Part shown: in pieces, positions 29,001 through 39,358 of the stretch | Position numbering within the stretch: the stretch's first letter is position 1 | Layout: each line of letters opens with the position of its first letter | Source: an uncultured Erysipelotrichaceae bacterium | Lineage (GTDB): Bacteria > Bacillota_I > Bacilli_A > RFN20 > CAG-826 | Reading direction: 5' to 3' | Assembly: GCA_902785645.1 (NCBI GenBank) | Contig: CACZZG010000002.1 | Location: 17,936-81,935, forward strand | DNA: 64,000 bases | Made by a program: the position numbers and the translations under genes | The notes under the pieces: model-generated | Told to the model about the DNA's origin: nothing | The model's database searches: none | Seen by the model: the letters and a program-made list of their open reading frames with translations, nothing else

Positions 29001-30986
29001 TTATAATTCCGCTTTCATTTCAAAGATGATATCTCTTAATTCCGCGGCTCTTTCAAAATCAAATTCTTTCGCGGCTTGTCTCATCTGCTTCTCTAATTCT
29101 TTGATTCTTACTTGTAGTTCTTTTCTTGTCGCCTTCTTCGTAGATTTAATGATGTCAGAGATTTCATCATCAGTGTTCCTAATCGGAGGTCTAATCTCTT
29201 TAACAATCGTTCTTGGGATAATGCCGTTCTCCTGGTTATAAGCGTTTTGAATCTTTCTACGTCTTTGGGTTTCTTCAATCGCAGTCTTCATTGAGTCAGT
29301 CATATTATCCGCATACATGATGACTAAACCGTTTTGGTTTCTCGCGGCACGTCCACATACTTGGATAAGTGATCTACCACTTCTTAAGAAACCTTCTTTA
29401 TCTGCGTCTAAAATACAAATAAGGGATACTTCTGGGATATCCAAACCTTCACGTAATAGGTTAATTCCCACAAGAACATCATATTTACCTTTTCTTAATT
29501 GATAAATTATTTCAGATCTCTCTAAAGTTTTGGTTTCATGATGGAGGTACACCACTTTAATTCCTCTTTCTTTTAAGAATGTGGTTAAGTCTTCCGCCAT
29601 ACGGATTGTTAAAGTAACGATAAGAGTTCTTTCGTTTCTTTCATTACGCTTTTTAATCTCTTGTAATAAGTCATCAACTTGACCAAGTGTTGGCCTAACT
29701 TCAATACGAGGATCTAGTAAACCAGTTGGACGAATAATTTGTTCGACAATTGGTCCATCAGTCTTATTTAATTCATAATCACCGGGTGTCGCACTAGTAC
29801 AAATTGTTTGAGGCATTAACTTTTCAAATTCTTCAAAGTTTAATGGTCTATTATCTAACGCCGAAGGAAGTCTAAAGCCATACTCTACAAGAGTCTCTTT
29901 TCTTGATCGATCACCATTATACATGCCTCTTAATTGAGGGAAAGTAACATGGGATTCATCAACAAACAACAAGAAGTCTTCTGGGAAATAGTCAATTAAA
30001 CACCATGGTCTAGAACCGGGTTTTCTTTTATCGATATGTCGTGAGTAGTTTTCAATACCAGGACACATGCCAAATTCTTGCATGTTTTCAATATCTTGAT
30101 TGGTTCTTAATTCTAATCTTTCAGCCTCTAATAATTTGCCTTCACTTTTAAAATATTGAAGTCTTTCTTTGAGTTCTTCTTTAATAGTTTCACAAGCTTC
30201 TCTTATTCTTTCTCTTGTGGAAGCGTGATCATAGGCAGGGAAGATTGGATAAGTGTGATATGTATGTTTAATTTCACCTGTAAGTAGGTCAACTTGAGAT
30301 ATCTTTTCTATCTCGTCACCAAAAGTATCAATTCTAATAACATTATTGCTTTCCATATTTGCGGGAATGACTTCAATAATGTCGCCTCTAACTCTAAATG
30401 AACCAGGAACAGGATCTAAATTGTTTCTCTTATATTGAGCGTCGACAAGTTTCTTAAAGAATTCGTTTCTATTAATCTCTTCTCCCACACGAATATCAAA
30501 TAATAAGTTTCGATATTCATCAGGATCAGTTAATCCATAGATAGAGGCTACAGAGGCCACAACAATTGTGTCTCTTCTATCAAGAACGGAATTAATCGCA
30601 CTAGTTCTTAACATTTCAATTTCATCATTCATTACTGCGTTCTTATCAATGTAAGTATCGCTTTTAGGAATATAGGCTTCCGGTTGATAGAAATCGAAGT
30701 TAGATACAAAGTATTCAACACGATTATTTGGGAATAATTCTTGGAATTCAGAATATAATTGACCCGCTAAAGTTTTGTTATGAACTAAAACTAATGTTGG
30801 TCTTTGAACTTGTTCAATAATATTGGCCATAGTAAAAGTCTTACCAGTTCCGGTTGCGCCTAATAGAACTTGTAATTTTTTATTCTCTTTTAAACCTTGG
30901 ACCAATTCTTTTATTGCGGTGGGTTGATCACCTGTTGGTTTAAAGGGAGAAACTATTTTAAAGAGGTGTTCTTTATTTGTTTCCAT
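29001..30986 (-). CDS. uvrB: Excinuclease ABC subunit B.
   Basis: Start refined to ATG at 30986 ([22 protein letters not shown]...). Walker A GATGTGKT, beta-hairpin, C-terminal UVR domain. The upstream part of the track ORF overlaps the yitT-like gene. Confidence 0.95.
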   Translation of the reverse strand: METNKEHLFKIVSPFKPTGDQPTAIKELVQGLKENKKLQVLLGATGTGKTFTMANIIEQVQRPTLVLVHNKTLAGQLYSEFQELFPNNRVEYFVSNFDFYQPEAYIPKSDTYIDKNAVMNDEIEMLRTSAINSVLDRRDTIVVASVASIYGLTDPDEYRNLLFDIRVGEEINRNEFFKKLVDAQYKRNNLDPVPGSFRVRGDIIEVIPANMESNNVIRIDTFGDEIEKISQVDLLTGEIKHTYHTYPIFPAYDHASTRERIREACETIKEELKERLQYFKSEGKLLEAERLELRTNQDIENMQEFGMCPGIENYSRHIDKRKPGSRPWCLIDYFPEDFLLFVDESHVTFPQLRGMYNGDRSRKETLVEYGFRLPSALDNRPLNFEEFEKLMPQTICTSATPGDYELNKTDGPIVEQIIRPTGLLDPRIEVRPTLGQVDDLLQEIKKRNERNERTLIVTLTIRMAEDLTTFLKERGIKVVYLHHETKTLERSEIIYQLRKGKYDVLVGINLLREGLDIPEVSLICILDADKEGFLRSGRSLIQVCGRAARNQNGLVIMYADNMTDSMKTAIEETQRRRKIQNAYNQENGIIPRTIVKEIRPPIRNTDDEISDIIKSTKKATRKELQVRIKELEKQMRQAAKEFDFERAAELRDIIFEMKAEL

Positions 30987-31956
30987 CTTTCTTAGTGAAT
31001 AAGTTTTCGTTTTGATGAGGTTTGAATCCTTCACCGAAAACAGCGTTTGTGCGTGTAAATGTAACGAAAGCTTTCTTATCAACTTTCGCAATAAATGATC
31101 TGATTAAATTGTATTGGCTCTTTTCAAAAACAATACGCAAAATTGGCCTATCTTCACCTTTATAGCCGCCTTTTGCAGGAATAATTGTGCATCCTCTGCC
31201 TAATTCGTCTTGTGCATAAGCAGAGATTTCTTCCCATTTAGATGAGATGATATCGACTTGATAACTGGTTTGAGAACCGACATAAACAACTTCGATAACA
31301 ATCGAGGTAATAAATGCAGAAATGACGCCTGATAAACATGGCATCAATAATGTTTGGTCTTTGATTAAGAATGTAATTAAACCCGCAACAACAATTGTGG
31401 AATCCACGATAAATGAAGCAATGGATTGTCTAATCTTTAAATATTTCTCAAGTAAGAAAGTTAAGATATCAACGCCACCAGTGGATCCACCACCGACAAA
31501 TGTTAAAGCGACACCTAATCCCACTAAGACACCACCAAAGATACCTGCCATCAGGAAGTTACCTGCGGTTGTTCCATTAGGAGCGGTTTTAATTAATTGA
31601 CCAAAGTCTGCTAAGGCATTAGAAATACCTGGGCAAGCAGTAAATAACCAGTTAGCGGCAGGGAAAACAATCGTGGCCACTAATGTCTTGATTGCAAATT
31701 CTTTGCCGACAAAAATAAGTCCAATAATCCATAGGATTATAGATGCACCTGTAATGATAATGTTATAAACAAGGACTTGAGTGTTTGGATCTTCAATAAA
31801 TACTCTAGCGATAATACCAATACCATTAAGTCCACCAGCGTTAACATCAAGAGGAACTAAAAATGCAACGTTACCTAACGCCACAAGAACTGTGCCAAAG
31901 ATAACCATTAATATTTTGGTAATTGCGACTACCCATTCTTTTTTTGTTTTAGGCAT
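30973..31956 (-). CDS. YitT-family membrane protein (DUF161 with C-terminal DUF2179).
   Basis: 327 aa. Duplicated GG..G..DIL motifs in the TM region and a C-terminal soluble domain. Overlaps the prfB stop by 8 nt and the uvrB start by 14 nt. Confidence 0.6.
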   Translation of the reverse strand: MPKTKKEWVVAITKILMVIFGTVLVALGNVAFLVPLDVNAGGLNGIGIIARVFIEDPNTQVLVYNIIITGASIILWIIGLIFVGKEFAIKTLVATIVFPAANWLFTACPGISNALADFGQLIKTAPNGTTAGNFLMAGIFGGVLVGLGVALTFVGGGSTGGVDILTFLLEKYLKIRQSIASFIVDSTIVVAGLITFLIKDQTLLMPCLSGVISAFITSIVIEVVYVGSQTSYQVDIISSKWEEISAYAQDELGRGCTIIPAKGGYKGEDRPILRIVFEKSQYNLIRSFIAKVDKKAFVTFTRTNAVFGEGFKPHQNENLFTKKDGNK

Positions 31957-33053
31957 TTTTCTTAGCCTCCTCTCTTAAATATGCATAGATGAATCCATCG
32001 ATATCTCCATTCATGACTTTTTCGACATCAACTTCTTCATAATTTGTGCGGTTGTCCTTCACTAATGTGTATGGACAGAAGACATATGAACGGATTTGAC
32101 TACCCCATTCAATATTCTTTTTCTCTCCTACAATATCATTGAGTTTCTTTTCACGCTTTTCTAATTCAATCAAATAGAGTTTACCTTTTAACATGTTCAT
32201 TGCCATTTCTTTGTTCATCAATTGGCTTCTTTCCACCTGACAAGAAACAACAATTCCAGTTGGTAAGTGAGTAATTCTCACTGCGGTTTCCACTTTATTA
32301 ACGTTTTGTCCACCTGCACCACCACTGCGATATGTATCAATTTTTAAATCAGATTCATTAATTTGAATATTGATTGAGTTTTCTTTGAACTCTGGAATGA
32401 CGTTAACCGAAGCAAATGATGTATGTCTTCTCTTGTTCGCATCAAACGGAGATATTCTCACTAGTCTATGGACGCCTTTTTCGCTCTTTAGAAGCCCGTA
32501 AGCATTCTTTCCCGCTATCTTCAATGTCACAGACTTAATTCCGGCTTCTTCGCCCGGTTCTAATGAAATTAGACTCATTTTAAATCTATGAGCTTCTGCA
32601 TATAGAACATACATGCGATAGAGCATGTCCGCCCAGTCTTGCGCTTCTGTGCCACCTGCGCCTGGATGAATTTCAATAATGGCGTTCATACCATCAAATT
32701 CTTCAGAGAATAAAATCTCTAATTCAAAGTCATGAGTTTCTTTCTTTAATGAGTTGAATGATTCTTCTAATTGTTCTAATAGAGATTCATCACCCAAATC
32801 TAAAAGCTCAGATAAGTCTGAGTAATCTTTTTCTAATCCACGATATGTTTCTGTTAAATTTTTACAATAATTAAGTCGAGATATGATTTTTAAGGCCTCA
32901 CTACTGTCAGCCCAAAAGTTCTCTTGCTCGCTTTGATTAGATAATGTTTTGACTTCTTCATCTAATTTAGCGAGGTCAAAGAGATGACCCGAGTTGATGG
33001 ATTCTCTCACCAACAGCACATAGTTCTTGCCTTAAAGAAACAATGTCTTTCAT
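31949..33053 (-). CDS. prfB: Peptide chain release factor 2, with a programmed +1 frameshift at codon 26.
   Basis: The zero frame is ATG(33053)[25 protein letters not shown], ending at CTT TGA C (32981..32975). The +1 frame continues [10 protein letters not shown]... with SPF and GGQ motifs (367 aa total). The ATG overlaps the secA stop (TAATG). Confidence 0.9.
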
Positions 33054-35506
33054 TATTTTTCTTCTTTCTTAGTCATATCAACGACGTTAGATTCGTCAGC
33101 TTTTTGCTCATTTTGTGCGGCTTCTGCGGCTTTTCTTTTCTCTTCTGCTTCTCTGGCAGCTTCTTGAGCAGCTTGCACTTGATTGACGAATTTATCAATG
33201 TTAACGAGGTTTAAAACGGCATCGACTGATGCTAATTCTAAACATTCTCTAAACATCTCATAGCCTTCATTGACGTAATCTTGAAGTGGGTTCACGTTGG
33301 CATAACCACGGAGATGGATACCTTCACGTAAACGCGCCATCGCGTCAATATGTTTAGTCCAGTTTTGGTCTAAGCAATGTAAGATTAAATCTCTTTCAAT
33401 CTTGTCGCAAAGTTCAGTTGGAAGTTTGCTTCTCTTACGCATGTATCTACGTAATATTAATTCACCTAAGTCTTGACCACAGTTATCCACTAAGTCATCT
33501 TCATAGGCATTTTTATTAATCGAACCTTCAGGTAAGAATCTTGGTTCAACTTGTTTAATCAATAAGTCTGCGGATATTAATTGTTCATTGCTTCCTTGTG
33601 GGACAGATTTCTTCGCTAAGAACATACCTGTTTGTTGGAACATGTCGTCAACAATATCTTTGATATTGCTACCTTCAATAATACGGTCACGTTTATCATA
33701 AACGTTTTGTCTTTGTTTGGCTAAAACATCATCGTAATCTAATAAGCTCTTACGAGTATCGAAGTTCATACCTTCAATTTTCTTTTGCGCACTTGTAACA
33801 GCGTTAGAAACAACTTTACTTTCAAGAGCTTCATCACCGAAGTTCTTTTCGATATAGTTTCTCATTGCATCAGCAGCGAATCTCACTAAAAGTGTGTCAT
33901 CAAAAGAAACATAGAATCTAGAGAAGCCTGGGTCACCTTGACGACCAGAACGACCACGTAATTGGTTATCAATACGTCTTGATTCATGTCTTTCAGTACC
34001 AAAGACACATAAGCCACCCAAGGCTCTAACTTCATCATCAATCTTAATATCGGTACCACGACCTGCCATGTTAGTGGCAAGGGTAATTGCACCTTTTCTA
34101 CCTGCTAAAGCAATGATTTCCGCTTCACGTGCGTGGTTCTTGGCGTTTAACATTTCGTGTGGTAAACCAGCAGCGTTTAATAAATTAGAAATTTCTTCAG
34201 ATGATTCGACAGAAACTGTACCAATCAAAATTGGTTGGCCTTTTTCATGTCTTTTCTTCACTTCTTCAATTAAAGCAGCAAGTTTAGGACCTTTATGTGC
34301 GTAGATGTAATCGATTGCGTCCTCACGGATAACAGGTTTATTTGTAGGTACACATACAACACGCATGTTATAAATCTTACGGAATTCTTCTTCTTCAGTT
34401 TTTGCGGTACCAGTCATACCTGCCATCTTCTTATAAAGACGGAAGAAGTTTTGATATGTAATTGTCGCCATGGTAACTGTTTCTTGTTTAATGGTGACAT
34501 TTTCTTTAGCTTGAACAGCTTGGTGTAAACCATCAGACCATTCACGACCCGGCAAAACACGGCCGGTAAATTGGTCGATAATTTGAACTTGTCCTTCACC
34601 ATCGACTAAGTAGTCGACATCTCTTTGCATAATGTAGTTTGCTTTTAAAGCATTATGAATTCTATGGACTAAATCAAAGTATTCAGGATCGTATAGGTTT
34701 CTAATACCAAACATTCTTTCGGCTTTGGTGTTACCAGCATCTGTTAATGCAACTGTCTTTTCTTTCACATCTACGGTGAAATCGACATCTTTTTTAAGTG
34801 CTTTACAGAATCTATCTGCAACTGTGTATTGGCTGGATGATGTCTTCACACCGCCAGAAATAATTAATGGGGTTCTGGATTCATCGATTAAGATGGAGTC
34901 AGCTTCGTCAACGATACAGAAGTTAAGACCACGTAAAACACGGTGATCCATATCTGTTGCCATATTGTCTCTTAAGTAGTCAAAGCCTAATTCAGAGTTT
35001 GTGGTATATGTAATATCACACAAATAAGCTTCTTTCTTTTCTCTTGTGGTTTTCGCTCTAGCATTAACACCAACTGTTAAACCTAAGAATCTATAGATTT
35101 GGCCCATCCATTCAGCGTCACGGCCTGATAAGTATTCGTTAACTGTAACAACGTGAACACCTTTTCCAGATAAAGCATTTAAGTATGTTGCCATAGTAGC
35201 GGTTAAGGTTTTACCTTCACCAGTTTTCATTTCCGCAACATCGCCGTCGTGCATAACAAGAGAACCCATTACTTGAACTTTAAATGGGAATTCTTTAATG
35301 GTTCTTTTCGCTGCTTCTCTCGCAACTGCGAAAGCTTCATATTTAATATCGTCTAATGTTTTTCCATTAGCGAGCAATTCTTTAAAGTAATCAGTCTTTG
35401 CTCTTAATTCTTCATCAGTTAAAGCGGCCATGGTTTTTTCATATGCTAAAACCTTGTCTGCTTCTTTAGAGTATTTTCTAATTGCTCTTTTATCAAAAAA
35501 TCCCAT
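33053..35506 (-). CDS. secA: Preprotein translocase ATPase SecA.
   Basis: 817 aa. DEAD-like motor domains. No C-terminal CxCx8CH zinc finger. Confidence 0.95.
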   Translation of the reverse strand: MGFFDKRAIRKYSKEADKVLAYEKTMAALTDEELRAKTDYFKELLANGKTLDDIKYEAFAVAREAAKRTIKEFPFKVQVMGSLVMHDGDVAEMKTGEGKTLTATMATYLNALSGKGVHVVTVNEYLSGRDAEWMGQIYRFLGLTVGVNARAKTTREKKEAYLCDITYTTNSELGFDYLRDNMATDMDHRVLRGLNFCIVDEADSILIDESRTPLIISGGVKTSSSQYTVADRFCKALKKDVDFTVDVKEKTVALTDAGNTKAERMFGIRNLYDPEYFDLVHRIHNALKANYIMQRDVDYLVDGEGQVQIIDQFTGRVLPGREWSDGLHQAVQAKENVTIKQETVTMATITYQNFFRLYKKMAGMTGTAKTEEEEFRKIYNMRVVCVPTNKPVIREDAIDYIYAHKGPKLAALIEEVKKRHEKGQPILIGTVSVESSEEISNLLNAAGLPHEMLNAKNHAREAEIIALAGRKGAITLATNMAGRGTDIKIDDEVRALGGLCVFGTERHESRRIDNQLRGRSGRQGDPGFSRFYVSFDDTLLVRFAADAMRNYIEKNFGDEALESKVVSNAVTSAQKKIEGMNFDTRKSLLDYDDVLAKQRQNVYDKRDRIIEGSNIKDIVDDMFQQTGMFLAKKSVPQGSNEQLISADLLIKQVEPRFLPEGSINKNAYEDDLVDNCGQDLGELILRRYMRKRSKLPTELCDKIERDLILHCLDQNWTKHIDAMARLREGIHLRGYANVNPLQDYVNEGYEMFRECLELASVDAVLNLVNIDKFVNQVQAAQEAAREAEEKRKAAEAAQNEQKADESNVVDMTKKEEK

Positions 35507-35620
35507 ATTTTGTTACCAACACAAACCACGTTGTGCCTTTCTTATATTCACATGAATGTAAAACATTCGCTTTTATATAGTATCTTTAATCAACTTGGAG
35601 TGTCAAACAAATAAACCTTT

Positions 35621-36244
35621 TTACTTAATAATTGTTTTAGAAATCACTAAAACTTTAATAGTTTTGGGGTGCAATTTTTCCACGAGTTTAATCGCCGCTT
35701 TCATCGTTGAACCAGTGGTATAAACATCATCCACAATCAAAACTTTTTCACCACTTAAATCTGTGTTTTTAATTGTTAAATATTTACTAATATCTTTTCG
35801 TTGTTTCGATGTACTATTTGCCTGTTTAACTCCTTTAGTTTTTCTTAATATTTTGAGCATTGGTAGTTTCAATGTTTTGAATATTTCCACAACATGATTA
35901 AATTCTCTTTTTAAGTCATCTTTATAATAAGATGGAACAGGTATCATAACAAAGTTATGAAACATAAGATTCAATTCGTCTTTATATCTAGATAAAAAGA
36001 CATCTGCAATCTCGATATCGAAACACCCTTTAAGTTGATAGATTAGGCTTTTTATTTTTTCATCATAGTGATAAACCGCTAATGCTTTATATCCAGAAAC
36101 TTTAAAGGGAATAAACCTTCCCACAATATCTTTAAAACATGTTCGACAAATACATGTTTCAGGATGAACAAGGTTAAACAAATTAACACCTTTAATGTCT
36201 TTAAAACAAAGCTTACAAATTCGAGTTGGCGCGTTTAATCTCAT
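35621..36244 (-). CDS. comFC: ComFC-like phosphoribosyltransferase-domain competence protein.
   Basis: N-terminal Cys4 zinc finger (CKLCFK...CRTCFK) and C-terminal PRTase motif VLIVDDVYTTGST. Start set at MRLNAP (36244), overlapping comFA; the track ORF extends to a further upstream start. Confidence 0.6.
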   Translation of the reverse strand: MRLNAPTRICKLCFKDIKGVNLFNLVHPETCICRTCFKDIVGRFIPFKVSGYKALAVYHYDEKIKSLIYQLKGCFDIEIADVFLSRYKDELNLMFHNFVMIPVPSYYKDDLKREFNHVVEIFKTLKLPMLKILRKTKGVKQANSTSKQRKDISKYLTIKNTDLSGEKVLIVDDVYTTGSTMKAAIKLVEKLHPKTIKVLVISKTIIK

Positions 36245-37364
36245 TGATACATATTTCCATTTCGTTTGTCTTCTTGTCTGCGATGAAAACCACATCTCCA
36301 GTTGGAGCATCTTTCTTTCTACCCACTCTTCCAGATATTTGAATTAAAGCTTGGGAAGAATATATTGCATGATCCGCTTGAAAGATGATGACTTGTAAAT
36401 CTTTAACAGTCACACCGCGTTCTAGAACCGCTGTAGTTACAAGAACTTTATATTTTTTGTTTCTAAATGCTTCAATGACTTCAGATCGGTCTTCTTTTTT
36501 GGAGTGCACATAATTAATATTTGGGAAGAATATTTTCAACACTTCATAGGTTTGTTCACATATATCAATTGTGGGTGCAAAGACGAAAACTGGCTTATTT
36601 TTCGCTAAAAATGCCCGCAATTCACGGACTAAATAGAAATATTTCATCAGTCCACGATGTATTTCTAACCTTGGAACAGGTAATGGATGACCGTGGAATC
36701 TTGTGTTTAATCTTAAGATATCTTTCCCTTCTTTTGAAAACTCTTCAATGACGTTTTTTGGTGGTGTCGCGGACATCATAATCAGTTGCCCTCTCACCGC
36801 ATATTTCAAGAATGCTTCAAGAACATCGTTTCCGTTATAAGGAAAGGCATCGACCTCATCTACGATTAATAAATCAAAATAGTTTTTATATCTGAACAGT
36901 TGGTGGGTCGTGATGCAAATTAAATCTGCGTTTAGTCTGCCTGTGTGTCCTCCATAGACAACACCAACACGATTGTTTGTAAATATAGATTTAAATCTTT
37001 GATGGAGTTCTTTAATAACATCTCTTCTAGGTACAGCAAAACCCACTTTCATTCGATTACTTATTGCGTATTTGATAACTTCTAAAACTATTTCTGTTTT
37101 TCCACTACCACATACTGCTTGGACTAGAGAATCTTTTCCTTTTTTAAAATTCTCTACAAGCTTATGAGATAGTCTAAGTTGGTCATCAGTCAATTGATAA
37201 GAAAGTGAATATTCTGCGTTAGTATTAATAAAGAAATTGCTGTTAGCTTCTTGTCCTCTAAATGTTAAACATTTACGACAATATTTGTGATTGTTTCTAA
37301 TACCTATATATTTAGAATCTTTGTTGCCACATATTGGGCAAGTAAACGAATTACAATTTTCCAT
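36213..37364 (-). CDS. comFA: ComFA-like DEAD-box helicase/translocase.
   Basis: 383 aa. N-terminal zinc finger CPICGN...CRKC. Walker A CGSGKT, DEVD box, helicase C-terminal domain. Confidence 0.7.
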   Translation of the reverse strand: MENCNSFTCPICGNKDSKYIGIRNNHKYCRKCLTFRGQEANSNFFINTNAEYSLSYQLTDDQLRLSHKLVENFKKGKDSLVQAVCGSGKTEIVLEVIKYAISNRMKVGFAVPRRDVIKELHQRFKSIFTNNRVGVVYGGHTGRLNADLICITTHQLFRYKNYFDLLIVDEVDAFPYNGNDVLEAFLKYAVRGQLIMMSATPPKNVIEEFSKEGKDILRLNTRFHGHPLPVPRLEIHRGLMKYFYLVRELRAFLAKNKPVFVFAPTIDICEQTYEVLKIFFPNINYVHSKKEDRSEVIEAFRNKKYKVLVTTAVLERGVTVKDLQVIIFQADHAIYSSQALIQISGRVGRKKDAPTGDVVFIADKKTNEMEICINEIKRANSNL

Positions 37365-37761
37365 TTTTCTTGCCTTTCTTTTTATGTTTTGATTTAATAC
37401 TGGTAGATGGTGTGCGCCCTTTCTGGGTTAAAGCTTCACTCGTTAGCTTTCCACCATTTTTTCTTTGCTCTTTAATTAGTGAAACATATACATCTATTTT
37501 TATTTCGTCGGAAACTACTAAACGATACTTTTTAAGTTCTTGTCCTCTATGTCGGAGTTTATCTTTCCTTAGATACTTTCTGAAATAAGATTTTTTATCT
37601 GAATTGGGATTTGGATTTACATCAAATACTTCATAATTGCCAGTCACAGTTGGACTATCAGTTATTTCGATATTTTCCCATGTTCCATCTTCTAGAACGC
37701 TGATTTCTATTGACGGGTGGTATTTAGTTCTTTTGTTTTTAAATATTTTATATTTATTCAT
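37351..37761 (-). CDS. Hypothetical Lys-rich 136-aa protein whose 3' end overlaps the comFA start.
   Basis: ORF with a C-terminal KSKHKKKGKKNGKL tail. No recognisable domain. Confidence 0.35.
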   Translation of the reverse strand: MNKYKIFKNKRTKYHPSIEISVLEDGTWENIEITDSPTVTGNYEVFDVNPNPNSDKKSYFRKYLRKDKLRHRGQELKKYRLVVSDEIKIDVYVSLIKEQRKNGGKLTSEALTQKGRTPSTSIKSKHKKKGKKNGKL

Positions 37762-37780
37762 GCATCAATTCCTTTCTATA

Positions 37781-37843
37781 TTATGTATTTCGTGTTTTTG
37801 GTCTACCACATATTGGGCAAATAAAAATCGTTGTTTGACTCAT
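37781..37843 (-). pseudogene. 20-codon remnant duplicating the comFA N-terminus (MSQTTIFICPICGRPKTRNT*), part of an ~85-bp segmental duplication.
   Basis: Segment 37803..37890 is about 75% identical to 37322..37402, which spans the orf136-3'/comFA-5' junction. It retains the CPICG zinc-finger start and then terminates. Confidence 0.35.
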
Positions 37844-38024
37844 CTATTTTCTTGCCTTTCATATTATGTTTTGTTTTAATACTTTTGCTGGTTGTTACAT
37901 TATTCACGGCATCTGCCTGTGATCCGCCAGCTTTTTTTATTAACAAATTCTCAATATCTATTTTTGTTTTTCATTCTATGCGTTGCTTTATAATATTTCG
38001 GTAATTCAAAATAACTCCCAAAAT

Positions 38025-38062
38025 AAAACCCCCTACTAATTAATAGGGGGATTCTTTTATTT
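38025..38062. terminator. Strong bidirectional rho-independent terminator downstream of rpiB.
   Basis: aaaaCCCCCTactaattaatAGGGGGattcttttattttttt. Confidence 0.7.
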
Positions 38063-38077
38063 TTTTGTCAGATTATT

Positions 38078-38515
38078 TTATTTTTCTAATTCAGAGATCA
38101 TGTCGACACGTGTTTGATGTCTTCCACCTTCAAACTCTGTTGATAAGAAGATATCAATTCTTCTAAGGACGTCTTTTGTCTCCATGAATTTAGCACCAAA
38201 GGAGATAACGTTTGCATCATTGTGTTGTCTCATTAATCTTGAAACTTCATCGTTATAGCCTATACCGCAACGAATGCCTTTAATTTTATTTGCAGCAATG
38301 CAGATGCCTTCACCAGATGTACAAATGACAATGCCAAAGTCACATTCTTTACTAGCAACTTTTCTAGCGACTTCTGCTCCATATAATGGATAGTGGCAAG
38401 AATCGTGTGAATATGTTCCAACATCCACGACCTCATAGCCTTTATCTTTTAAATATTTAACGACTTCATTTTTTTGATCAACTCCACCGTGATCACTTCC
38501 AATAGCAATTCTCAT
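38078..38515 (-). CDS. rpiB: Ribose-5-phosphate isomerase B.
   Basis: MRIAIGSDHGG start at ATG 38515 with GGAG RBS (the track ORF begins at an upstream TTG). RpiB/LacAB fold motifs. Confidence 0.85.
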   Translation of the reverse strand: MRIAIGSDHGGVDQKNEVVKYLKDKGYEVVDVGTYSHDSCHYPLYGAEVARKVASKECDFGIVICTSGEGICIAANKIKGIRCGIGYNDEVSRLMRQHNDANVISFGAKFMETKDVLRRIDIFLSTEFEGGRHQTRVDMISELEK

Positions 38516-38528
38516 AACTATCTCCAAT

Positions 38529-39356
38529 CTACTTTATTATATAAAGAAATCTGATTTTATCATATATATCTTTATGGAAACGATATGTACAACCATCAAG
38601 ATATTTATTCATCAATTTAATTAATGGTTTCTCCATATTATCTTCAATTTCAAAAGCCATTAAATAATGTTCATTCATTAACAGGTGGGCTTTCTTAAAT
38701 ATTTCTTCATAGCATCTTGTGCCTGGCTTTGCTAATAAGGCGAGGTGTGGTTCATATTTATAAACTTGTTCATCTATTCTAGTTTCATCTTCAATGTATG
38801 GAGGATTACACACAAGAACATCAAGTTTTACACCTTTTTCAATTAAAGGATCCACTAAATTTCCTTGTAAAAGTTCAGTTCTTTTTAGATTCGACTTCAC
38901 AACAATAAGTGCTTCTTGAGAAATATCAGTAGCATATAGCTTAGCGGTGCTAATCTCATTTTCTAAAGCGCACGCAATCGCACCACTGCCTGTACAAACA
39001 TCCGCAATCACGGGAACCTCATCTTTGGTAAATGCTTTCTTCAAATAAACCAAAACATCAACAGTAAGTTGTTCAGTTTCCTGTCTAGGTATTAAGACGT
39101 TTTTATCAACATTGATTTTGTTGCCTAAGAAATAAGAATATCCAAGGACATATTGATAAGGAATGCCTTTTCTAACTTGCTCAACACAAGCAAAAAGATG
39201 TTCTGTATCTTTAACCTCTCTATCGAAATTAGAGTATAGCATCATCCTATCATCAAAACCACTTGCGTCTGCAAGCAAAGAGATGATGACACTTTTATTT
39301 AAATATTTATTATTTTCCTTTAATAATTGAAAATAGACTTCTCTATTTGTCGGCAT
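38529..39356 (-). CDS. prmC: Release-factor glutamine N5-methyltransferase.
   Basis: 275 aa. NPPY motif (VCNPPYIE) and SAM-binding DVCTGSG. Confidence 0.85.
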   Translation of the reverse strand: MPTNREVYFQLLKENNKYLNKSVIISLLADASGFDDRMMLYSNFDREVKDTEHLFACVEQVRKGIPYQYVLGYSYFLGNKINVDKNVLIPRQETEQLTVDVLVYLKKAFTKDEVPVIADVCTGSGAIACALENEISTAKLYATDISQEALIVVKSNLKRTELLQGNLVDPLIEKGVKLDVLVCNPPYIEDETRIDEQVYKYEPHLALLAKPGTRCYEEIFKKAHLLMNEHYLMAFEIEDNMEKPLIKLMNKYLDGCTYRFHKDIYDKIRFLYIIK

Positions 39357-39358
39357 GA

